DNA of 20,724 bases, from contig JAYZAY010000007.1 of the NCBI GenBank assembly GCA_036339465.1, positions 1 to 20,724 on the forward strand, given 5' to 3'. This DNA comes from Myxococcota bacterium. GTDB taxonomy: Bacteria; Myxococcota; XYA12-FULL-58-9; JABJBS01. The translations under genes were made by a program, and so were the position numbers. Every line of letters begins with the position of its first letter. Within the stretch, counting starts at the first letter, position 1. Under the pieces are notes generated by a model. The model saw nothing but the letters and a program-made list of their open reading frames with translations. It had not been told where the DNA came from and ran no database searches. Below, piece after piece: positions 1-7,146 of the stretch.

Positions 1-281
1 TTCTTCAAAGCGAGCGATGCCAACGGTGCCGTAGTTTAATGTGTTGTAGGGAGATAAATCCTGAGACGTGCTTCGACGGATTCGAGGGTATCGGGACCAG
101 GTATTTGGCGATTGGGTAGCTCAGGACTGAACATCTTGAAAATGAGTGCGGGAGAGTTGATTTGAAGACGGAATTGTTTAGTTATGGGAACAACTGTTCT
201 CGTAACTAAATGCGCTTCTCTCGGCGCTACTCCATAAGACACCACCTAAAACCCGGGCCCCTAGATTCCTACCTACATTCC

Positions 282-1013
282 TCATTTCTCTGCTTCGGTA
301 TTTTTTTCCGCCTTTCTGGCCTCGCTCAACGCAGTAGCCATAATCCCCGAAGGGACAGAGACGAAACCTACTCCAATCATGATTACAAAAAATGCAAATA
401 TGCGGCCCCCCACGGTCATCGGATAAACATCCCCGTAGCCAACCGTTGTCAGTGTTACCACCGCCCACCAAAGACTATGAATCACCGAAGAAAAAGCCTC
501 GGGTTGGGCTGCCTTCTCAAAAAAATAGATGCCCACGGCGGAGAAATATAGCGCCATTAACCCAACCATAAAGAAAAGTGTCAATTCTTCCCTTGCATGT
601 AGAAAGGCTCGATGAAAACGCTGCACCGCCTTACTATATCGTGCCATCTTTAGCACTCGGAATAAGCGCAAAAACCTGAATGCGCGAATGGACCTCAAAT
701 CAAGGCCCAGTGCCAAATAAAACGGAGCAATGGCGATAAAATCGACCGCACCAAAAAAGCTCAAAATAAAATCGTTCTTTTTGTCAGCGACGAACACTCG
801 CAAGAGATACTCTATTGTGAATATCGCAACGGAAATTTTTTCGGTGAGGTCAAGCCATCCTCTATATTCCGGATCAAGCTCCGGCAGGGTTTCAACGGAG
901 AAGGCAATTAAAGAAACGAGGATTAATACTTGGATTGACAGGTCAAAGACTTTACCTGCATAAGTATTGCTCTCTTCGACGACAATCTTCATTTTTGCTT
1001 TAACGTTAGTCAT
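282..1013 (-). CDS. Voltage-gated potassium channel (Ion_trans family, 6 TM)
   Basis: 243 aa. S4-like voltage sensor LRSIRAFRFLRLFRVLKMARY, pore helix SLWWAVVTLT, K+ selectivity filter TVGYGD, and six hydrophobic segments. Confidence 0.95.
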   Translation of the reverse strand: MTNVKAKMKIVVEESNTYAGKVFDLSIQVLILVSLIAFSVETLPELDPEYRGWLDLTEKISVAIFTIEYLLRVFVADKKNDFILSFFGAVDFIAIAPFYLALGLDLRSIRAFRFLRLFRVLKMARYSKAVQRFHRAFLHAREELTLFFMVGLMALYFSAVGIYFFEKAAQPEAFSSVIHSLWWAVVTLTTVGYGDVYPMTVGGRIFAFFVIMIGVGFVSVPSGIMATALSEARKAEKNTEAEK

Positions 1014-1462
1014 CTTTTATTTCTCTTGTTTGCCCCATTGCCCACTGGCTTATTCTTAGCAAGTGAGAAAGTGAGAAAATGGCTAAATTAAGTTCGGCTA
1101 ATCTACAAATATTTTCATCTACGCGGCCAGAATTTCTTCAAGAATTTAGGTTCCCAAGTGATCGGCCAAAATTCGAGCCTTCTAGAAATTAGCAAAATGC
1201 TAAGTAAAAGAACAAGCCCTCTGAGTTGGGCAGCTAAGTTAGCGGGAAACACACTTAGAAAGATGTACCTATCTTATATCATTAAGTTATTTACGTAGTC
1301 TTAGGGATTTTCATTGCCTTTTCTAGAACTTAAAAGGGGAACTTTATGATAAACTCGAAGCAATCCGTGGGCAACACCTATCCTATTTTCGGTTTCACCG
1401 GTTGTCAGAGTAGTGCACTGCAAGAAATTCATTCCAAAAGCTCAATACCCCCTAGGCAATCC

Positions 1463-1480
1463 ACGCAGATACCATGCCAA
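1463..1480 (-). promoter_or_regulatory. Possible sigma-54 (-24/-12) promoter facing the K+ channel gene
   Basis: Minus strand reads TTGGCATGGTATCTGCGT, i.e. TGGCA with exact GG-N10-GC spacing (CTGC instead of TTGC at -12). It lies ~450 bp upstream of the channel start. A short motif that could occur by chance. Confidence 0.3.
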
Positions 1481-1617
1481 GATTCCTCGGATTGTTCCAA
1501 TCAATGGGGCTAACCCGACTACGGGCCCAAAAAAAGGGGACCACATCTTTGGCGCTTAAATAAATCAATAATCCTCACTCCCTCTTCTGCCGAGTCACTG
1601 GCGCCCATTAAATCTCA

Positions 1618-1646
1618 TCTCATTTTCGCCTTAATCGAAAATGAGA
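1618..1646. promoter_or_regulatory. Perfect 11-bp inverted repeat (candidate operator or hairpin) in the divergent intergenic region
   Basis: TCTCATTTTCG-ccttaat-CGAAAATGAGA: arms 1618-1628 and 1636-1646 with a 7-nt spacer. Confidence 0.45.
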
Positions 1647-2003
1647 AGCCAGGAAGATGGTGTTGATTTAATGTAAATGGTTTAGCCTAACTCTTCTTGT
1701 CTGAACGATAGCCTTGCACTTTTTTGTTTCAATGGATTTCGGATTACTGAATTTTTTATTCTTTGATCACGAAGTTCGCGCCTATGTGAGAAACCTCACG
1801 TTCTGATTCGAGAATATAATTATAGGGAACCGTTTTGAGAAAAATAACAACCCAATGCATCCTCCAACCTATATGGACTCTTGAACCTAGACAGTGTTTC
1901 AGGGGGAACAAGGTTACTTGTTTTACTCGCTTTAGCGCTAGCGCGCTTGGGGTTGAGTTTCCTCGGAACGACTTGATCTTAATATTTATACGGAGGATTT
2001 ATA

Positions 2004-2447
2004 ATGCAAACACCAACGTTTACAACTAGAAATATTCAAACCTGTGCATCATCGCTCGTGGCACCTTCAAGCGTGAAACAAGATCCGGCCAAGACAGAGG
2101 CACCAGAATTTTCAACTCGCGACATAGGCACCTGTGCTTCATCGATGGTCGCACCTTCAAACACCAAAGATTCATTCACTCGCAGTGAACAGGAACCCTC
2201 GTTCACGACCAAAAACATTCAAAACTGTGCGTCCTCTATGAACAGCGTGAGCAATGCTAGCGCTGTTTTCGGCAAAGACGTACAGCACAAAGACGTACAG
2301 CACAAAGACGTACAGGCCAAAAACGTACAGCACAAAGACGTACAGCACAAAGACGTACAGGCCGAAGAGGAAGTATTCAAAAAAGCTCACTCCTCCAAAT
2401 TCAAGCGGCTAATGAGTCAGTTTTCCGGATTTTTTGGCCGGCGTTAA
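2004..2447 (+). CDS. Putative multi-core RiPP precursor / radical SAM substrate protein
   Basis: 147 aa with RBS GGAGG (1992-1996) 7 nt before the ATG. Three repeats of PxF[TS]T[RK][ND]Ix[TN]CASS[LM] contain the only Cys residues (C14, C44, C75). First gene ahead of the PqqD-type RRE and two radical SAM genes. Confidence 0.8.
   Translation: MQTPTFTTRNIQTCASSLVAPSSVKQDPAKTEAPEFSTRDIGTCASSMVAPSNTKDSFTRSEQEPSFTTKNIQNCASSMNSVSNASAVFGKDVQHKDVQHKDVQAKNVQHKDVQHKDVQAEEEVFKKAHSSKFKRLMSQFSGFFGRR
2013..2252 (+). repeat. Three ~90-bp degenerate cassette repeats encoding the CASS motif
   Basis: PTFTTRNIQTCASSLVAPS / PEFSTRDIGTCASSMVAPS / PSFTTKNIQNCASSMNSVS, period 30-31 aa. 2041-2070 and 2131-2160 match at 26 of 30 nt. 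Confidence 0.9.
2274..2363 (+). repeat. In-frame 15-bp tandem repeat x6 (KDVQH/KDVQA)
   Basis: Unit AAAGACGTACAGCAC, arranged as two 45-bp blocks (H-H-A): 2274-2318 and 2319-2363, which differ at one base. Confidence 0.97.
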
Positions 2448-2462
2448 TTCATAGCTTTGAGG

Positions 2463-2495
2463 AGGGTTAGATTTTAAGATCTAGCCCTTTCCTTT
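2463..2495 (+). terminator. Stem-loop between the precursor and maturase genes (leaky terminator or mRNA stabiliser)
   Basis: AGGGTTAGAT (2463-2472), loop TTTAAG, ATCTAGCCCT (2479-2488). 10-bp stem with one G-U pair, followed by an imperfect U-tract TTCCTTT. Confidence 0.55.
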
Positions 2496-2513
2496 AACAT
2501 TGCGGGAGAAACC

Positions 2514-3056
2514 ATGCGGATCCCTAAATTACATCCAGACCTCAAATTACGGCCTCACGAGGCAATCGCCTATGACCGTAGGCGCTCTCAAATTTTTGAA
2601 TTCAATTCGACCGGTGAGGCCATTTTACGATTGGTCGATGGCCAAGCCGATGAAGCCACCATCGCAGCGAGCCTCGCCAAACAAGAGCAAGAAGATCCAG
2701 CCAGTTGCCTAGAGATCTGTCGGCATTTCCTAGAGCAATGCGCGGCCGCGGATCTTATCGCGTGGTCACAAGCGACCCCACCCGCAAACTCAACCAAAGT
2801 ACCGATGCTAAAACGCCGGTTTCGCATTCGAAAAGATGAGCCAATTGGGTACTGCGGCAGTCGTTCGCAAATTTTCCATTTCAATTCGACGGCTTACCAA
2901 ATATTGCTCGCGGTCAATGGGGAGCGAAATATTCGGGCAATTGCGATGCGATTGGCCAAAGGAAATTCTGCCCATGCCACTGACAAACTCCAAGAGTGTC
3001 TCATTTTTCTCCACAAGTGTGAACAACAAGACCTTATTGAATGGAGATGTTCATGA
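2514..3056 (+). CDS. Standalone tandem PqqD-family protein (two RiPP recognition elements)
   Basis: 180 aa made of two similar ~85-aa halves: RSQIFEFNSTGEAILRLVDG..IAASLAK..FLEQC...DLIAW and RSQIFHFNSTAYQILLAVNG..IAMRLAK..FLHKC...DLIEW. Each fits the PqqD pattern (LNxTg..Iw.l.DG...i...l...v..fl..l...gli). RBS GGGAG at 2504-2508. Confidence 0.9.
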   Translation: MRIPKLHPDLKLRPHEAIAYDRRRSQIFEFNSTGEAILRLVDGQADEATIAASLAKQEQEDPASCLEICRHFLEQCAAADLIAWSQATPPANSTKVPMLKRRFRIRKDEPIGYCGSRSQIFHFNSTAYQILLAVNGERNIRAIAMRLAKGNSAHATDKLQECLIFLHKCEQQDLIEWRCS

Positions 3057-3997
3057 ATAAGATAAACGCGCCATTTTTTGCAGTTTGGTACATGACTCGC
3101 CGATGCAACCTTGCTTGCAAACACTGCTTTATTGAGGTGATGCCGACAAATACCAAGCCCAAGGAATTATCAACCGATGAAGGCAAAGAGTTGATTGACC
3201 GTCTCGCTGATGCCGACGTCTACCAATTGGCCTTTGCCGGTGGCGAGCCCCTTGTGCGGCCTGACCTCTTGGAATTGGCTCGTTATGCACGAGATGCCGG
3301 CATGACTGTTCAGTTGGCGACGAACGGCCTTGGTATTGTTCCAGAACGCGTTAAGGAGCTTTTGGGGGCTGGCTTTCGCTGTGTTCAGATTAGTCTCGAT
3401 GGCGCGACGCCATCAACCCATGACCGGTTACGAGGTTCTGGGCACTTTGAGACAACAATCGCGAGCATTCGTCACGCAACCGAAGGTGGTTTACCGGTGG
3501 TGCTTGCGATTGCTGTTCATCGGGGTAATCTCCATGAGGTAGATTTGATGATAAAACTCGCCCAAACGGAGAAGGCGATTATCCTAAAACTGCAACCCGT
3601 TTGGACACAGTTTAACCTAGGAGGTAACTCTTCTGCTTTAGAGCTGGCCGAAATCCAAGCGTTGGTGCCCAAGGTAGAAACGTTGGCGACGAGCGCTGGT
3701 ATCAAACTATCGTTACCTCGCTACACCCAAATTGTTGCCGAAGCGGGGGCAGAGCGCACCTGCTTGAGTGATTTGCGCGTTGCGACCATTTCTTCTACCG
3801 GTAGGCTTGGCATCTGTGATTTCGCTCCTGAACTGGCTTCAGGCGATGTGTTGAGGGATGCGTTTTTGCCATTGTGGAAGCGGGTCGTGCAAAACCACCA
3901 ACGCAATCAGCGATGTGGCTGTACACCGTTTTTAGAACGTCTAGACGAAACCGATTCTTCTAATTCCATTCAACTTTCTGCCGGAGCGAGACTATGA
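3053..3997 (+). CDS. Radical SAM enzyme, PqqE/MftC-like, with truncated (Twitch-like) auxiliary domain
   Basis: CNLACKHC, GGEP, TNG and ISLDG motifs. The C-terminus has C-x12-G-x4-C and then only CGC. Start moved from 3041 to 3053 because of the ATGA overlap with the upstream stop and GGAG at 3043-3046. Confidence 0.93.
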   Translation: MNKINAPFFAVWYMTRRCNLACKHCFIEVMPTNTKPKELSTDEGKELIDRLADADVYQLAFAGGEPLVRPDLLELARYARDAGMTVQLATNGLGIVPERVKELLGAGFRCVQISLDGATPSTHDRLRGSGHFETTIASIRHATEGGLPVVLAIAVHRGNLHEVDLMIKLAQTEKAIILKLQPVWTQFNLGGNSSALELAEIQALVPKVETLATSAGIKLSLPRYTQIVAEAGAERTCLSDLRVATISSTGRLGICDFAPELASGDVLRDAFLPLWKRVVQNHQRNQRCGCTPFLERLDETDSSNSIQLSAGARL

Positions 3998-5160
3998 CGA
4001 ATATGACCCAGTCTTGGAAGCACAGTGCGCCGTGGTCAGTGACCTGGTACATCACCAAACGTTGTAATCTTTTATGCAAGCACTGCTTTGTTTACGAAGA
4101 AGGCGAGATCCCAAAACGGTCCGAGCATGAATTGTCTTTCGAAGATGCTTGTAAAGTGGTGGACCAACTCGCTGAGGCAGGTGTGTTCAGTATAGCCTTC
4201 GGAGGCGGCGAGGTATTCACCCTCTCTTGGTTTTGTAAACTCGTGGAACACTGCAGTACGCGCGGGGTCGAGGTCTTTTTGTCCACCAATGGCGCTCTAC
4301 TCACCGATGAAAAGGCCGCGCGGCTCCGCAAGGCCGGGGTTCAAGTGGTGCAATTAAGCCTTGATGGCGCGACCGCGCAAACCCATGATGCCATCCGAGG
4401 TAAGGGGAATTTTGCTAAAGTGCTGCAAGCGGCTGAACGTTTGCATCGCCACGGAATCATTCCTCAATTTGCATTTACGCTGATGCGACAAAACCAGGGT
4501 GAAGTTCATCGTTTACTCGAGCTCTGCCTTGAAAAGAAAATACCGTTGTTCAAACTTCAATTATTTATTCCCAGCGGACGAGCCGACGAGGAGGCCGAAT
4601 TTGCTTTGGAACCGGAGAAGTTTCAAGCTTTGGTTGAAGATATTCGTGCCTTTGAAGAGGCCCAAGAAGGAAGGTTTCGAGTTGATTACCCCTGCTTCAT
4701 GGGACACATTGGCGATAAAGCAACACTTAATTGGCAACCAAAAAATCCCGCAACCCAATTGAGCTGCGGCGCAGGAACTACCCGAGCAGTTATTTTTGAG
4801 AATGGCGGCCTGGGTAATTGTGAGTTTATGCGCAGCGACCAAATTGGCGATTTGCGAAACGATTCGTTTATGCAGCTTTGGAATAGTGATGCTCCCGCCA
4901 TGGAGCGTTGGCGACGATTGGATTTAGTGGGTGGAAAATGCGGTAGCTGTGGCTATCAAGCTGAATGTGGGATGGGATGCCGGGCCAATGCGTATTTTGC
5001 CGGTGGTGACTTTTTTGGCGACGATCCCGCATGCATCGCGGAGGCTCCGAAAGGCGTGACTCATCCGCATTTAATCAGTCCAAAAGCAGCGCCCCGTAAT
5101 CACCGATTGGCACCACCGTCTCGCAATTCTGAATTGGTTCAGATCGGAGTACCCCGCTAA
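3994..5160 (+). CDS. Radical SAM/SPASM peptide maturase, PqqE/MftC-like
   Basis: CNLLCKHC, GGGE, STNG and LSLDG motifs. Complete 7-Cys SPASM: C-x12-G-x4-C ... CGSC-x5-C-x3-C ... DPAC. ATGA overlap with the preceding gene. Confidence 0.95.
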   Translation: MTNMTQSWKHSAPWSVTWYITKRCNLLCKHCFVYEEGEIPKRSEHELSFEDACKVVDQLAEAGVFSIAFGGGEVFTLSWFCKLVEHCSTRGVEVFLSTNGALLTDEKAARLRKAGVQVVQLSLDGATAQTHDAIRGKGNFAKVLQAAERLHRHGIIPQFAFTLMRQNQGEVHRLLELCLEKKIPLFKLQLFIPSGRADEEAEFALEPEKFQALVEDIRAFEEAQEGRFRVDYPCFMGHIGDKATLNWQPKNPATQLSCGAGTTRAVIFENGGLGNCEFMRSDQIGDLRNDSFMQLWNSDAPAMERWRRLDLVGGKCGSCGYQAECGMGCRANAYFAGGDFFGDDPACIAEAPKGVTHPHLISPKAAPRNHRLAPPSRNSELVQIGVPR

Positions 5161-5161
5161 A

Positions 5162-5725
5162 ATGAGTATTTCACCGTCTTCCAAAATCCTAAATCGCGTT
5201 CAATTGCAACCAGAGGATGCTCCTACCCTCTTCAAGCTGATAGAACAAAACCGGGCCCATCTTTCTCCGTGGCTTCCCTGGGTGGATAGCACCCAAGCAG
5301 TTGGCCACAGTCTGGCCTTTATTGAGGCTAGCCTAAATGCCGCAACAACTGGCACCGCTTTACGTTTTGGGATCTTGGTCAATAACGAACTCGCTGGGAT
5401 GATTGGCCTCGAATCTCTTAATGCACCACCGAGAACCGCCCAGATTGGCTATTGGCTTGCCGCCCAAGAGCAAGGTCAGGGGATTATTAGAAGGATTCTC
5501 CCCGAGATTATAGAGCACGGATTCGAAACACTCGACCTCACGCGGGTGGAGATTAGGGTCTGTCCGAATAACCAGAGATCGCGCGCGATTCCACTCGCTT
5601 TAGGCTTTTGCCTCCAACAAGTGTTGCCTGCCGGCGAAACGAGTGGGGGCGTTGATTATGACCAAGAGCAATTCATTCTAAACAAAGCGGATTGGGCGCT
5701 CAAAATTCGGGAACCAACTCCATGA
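5162..5725 (+). CDS. GNAT N-acetyltransferase, RimJ/RimL family
   Basis: RimL-type signatures LIEQNRAHLSPWLPWV, AQIGYWL, QGQGI (acetyl-CoA loop) and NQRSRAIPLALGF. Starts 1 nt after the SPASM gene stop. Confidence 0.92.
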   Translation: MSISPSSKILNRVQLQPEDAPTLFKLIEQNRAHLSPWLPWVDSTQAVGHSLAFIEASLNAATTGTALRFGILVNNELAGMIGLESLNAPPRTAQIGYWLAAQEQGQGIIRRILPEIIEHGFETLDLTRVEIRVCPNNQRSRAIPLALGFCLQQVLPAGETSGGVDYDQEQFILNKADWALKIREPTP

Positions 5726-7146
5726 CGAGTTTGGTCCAAACTGCGTTGGAGCAGCACCGCGCTAGCTGTCATTTCCTTGACCGCCCCGCGAAAGCACCCC
5801 CGTTGGCAGAGTGGCCCCGGGGCGAGCGCCATGAGCTTTGTTTCCAAGGAGCACCCGCCATCCCCTATGGCCCCCAAGGCAGCCCCGTTCAAAAAACAAT
5901 GGTTGCCCCGCAGTCTACCACCGTTCCCATGGACTGGAATCACCTCACCCAATGGCTTGACCTTTCCCTAGGTGTCACTGCAACAGCCGGCCCTCCGAAC
6001 GACCCATATCCACTTCGGTCACATCCCTCTAGCGGTAACCTTCATCCTGTCGAGGCATATTTAATCATTCCTGGTGGGCATCCCCAACCGGCTGGGGTTT
6101 ATCATTTTCAAGGGATTGCACTGCAATTAACCAAACGGACCCAGTCCATAGAGTTGCCACCGGGACCAATCCTGCTCGGATTATCGCTTCTTCCAAAGCG
6201 CCAAGCCTGGCGTTACGGGGACCGCGGTTATCGCTACAGCTTATTGGACCTCGGCCATGCCATTGGTGCGCTGGCCCATGGTGCCTGCTCTTGGGGATGG
6301 CAACTCCATCCGGTGCAGCCAATCACCGACGACACCCTGCACCGTGCCTTAGGCTCCCATGGAACTCCAGGGATAGCACTAAGACTCTCCCAGCGGACTG
6401 AAAACGAAAGCGACAACGAACAAGGGATTGAATTATTGGAGCGACTCGCCCAACTCGGACCTCAACAATGGGTTGGGATACCTGAGCCGAGAACCCAAGA
6501 CGACTTCGAGTGGCCATTCTTGTCCGAGCAAATCCGAAGCACGAAGCGGCACTCGCGACCAACCGCTCGCCCCTTGATTAAAGTCCCAAGGCATTGGGTC
6601 GGAAATCAGGAGTGTCGCCAAACGATGCGTAAGCGCCGAAGCGCGGTCTCTTTCGATGCTCATTCACCACTTGCCACCAACCAGATGAAAGCCCTCTTGA
6701 CAGTCTGCGGCGAAGTGCTCCCGGGATCCCTTAAACTCCAGCTATTGATACATCGAGTAGAGGGATATACCCCAGGAATTTATCGTTATTCAACAACCGG
6801 TCCCCTCGCCCCAAACCACGCTCCCGAGCTCTTAGAACCAATCGAACAAAACCAACTGCGAAACATGACCGGTTGTTTCGCCGCGAGACAAGAAATTGCA
6901 ATCCGCTCAGCTCTCAGCATAATAATCCACGCTCCTCTCCAACAGACCCTAGAAGAAAACGGCTCGGCCCACTATCGAGAGCTACTCTTAGACACCGGTA
7001 TTCTGGGCTACAGCTTCTACCTCACGGCCCAAGCCTATGGGTTTGGCGTCCGGGGCATTGGTGCATTTTACGATTCACGCTTCCCCGATCTACTCGGAGC
7101 CCATGACCATCAACCGCTCTACCTCATGTCATTCGGGAATTCGTAG
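5722..7146 (+). CDS. SagB/ThcOx-like FMN-dependent dehydrogenase with two nitroreductase-fold domains
   Basis: Domain 1: LRSHPSSGNLHPVEAY and WRYGDRGYRYSLLDLGHA. Domain 2: RKRRSAVSFD, IHRVEGYTPGIY and YRELLLDTG..GYSFYLTA...G.G..GIGAFYD. Start at 5722 preferred over 5692 because of the ATGA overlap with the GNAT stop. Confidence 0.88.
   Translation: MTSLVQTALEQHRASCHFLDRPAKAPPLAEWPRGERHELCFQGAPAIPYGPQGSPVQKTMVAPQSTTVPMDWNHLTQWLDLSLGVTATAGPPNDPYPLRSHPSSGNLHPVEAYLIIPGGHPQPAGVYHFQGIALQLTKRTQSIELPPGPILLGLSLLPKRQAWRYGDRGYRYSLLDLGHAIGALAHGACSWGWQLHPVQPITDDTLHRALGSHGTPGIALRLSQRTENESDNEQGIELLERLAQLGPQQWVGIPEPRTQDDFEWPFLSEQIRSTKRHSRPTARPLIKVPRHWVGNQECRQTMRKRRSAVSFDAHSPLATNQMKALLTVCGEVLPGSLKLQLLIHRVEGYTPGIYRYSTTGPLAPNHAPELLEPIEQNQLRNMTGCFAARQEIAIRSALSIIIHAPLQQTLEENGSAHYRELLLDTGILGYSFYLTAQAYGFGVRGIGAFYDSRFPDLLGAHDHQPLYLMSFGNS

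Noticed and set aside
1..281. ORF 36..245 and a minus-strand frame running off the left edge (…SPYNTLNYGTVGIARFEE)
   Set aside because: No recognisable motif or RBS, and the edge frame has no start codon after the stop at 121-123.
282..1013. Functional link between the K+ channel and the RiPP operon (target or immunity)
   Set aside because: The only support is adjacency across a 1-kb divergent gap.
2274..2363. CRISPR array
   Set aside because: The 15-bp units are directly adjacent with no unique spacers and are in frame within a CDS; there are no cas genes. The same applies to the 13-bp and 117-bp repeats.
2004..5160. PQQ, mycofactocin or Ahb/NirJ heme pathway assignment for the PqqD and rSAM genes
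   Set aside because: No pqqB/pqqC, no ExxxY or IDGxCGVY precursor, and no mftD/E or ahbA/B genes are present. A double RRE with a repeat precursor fits none of these pathways.
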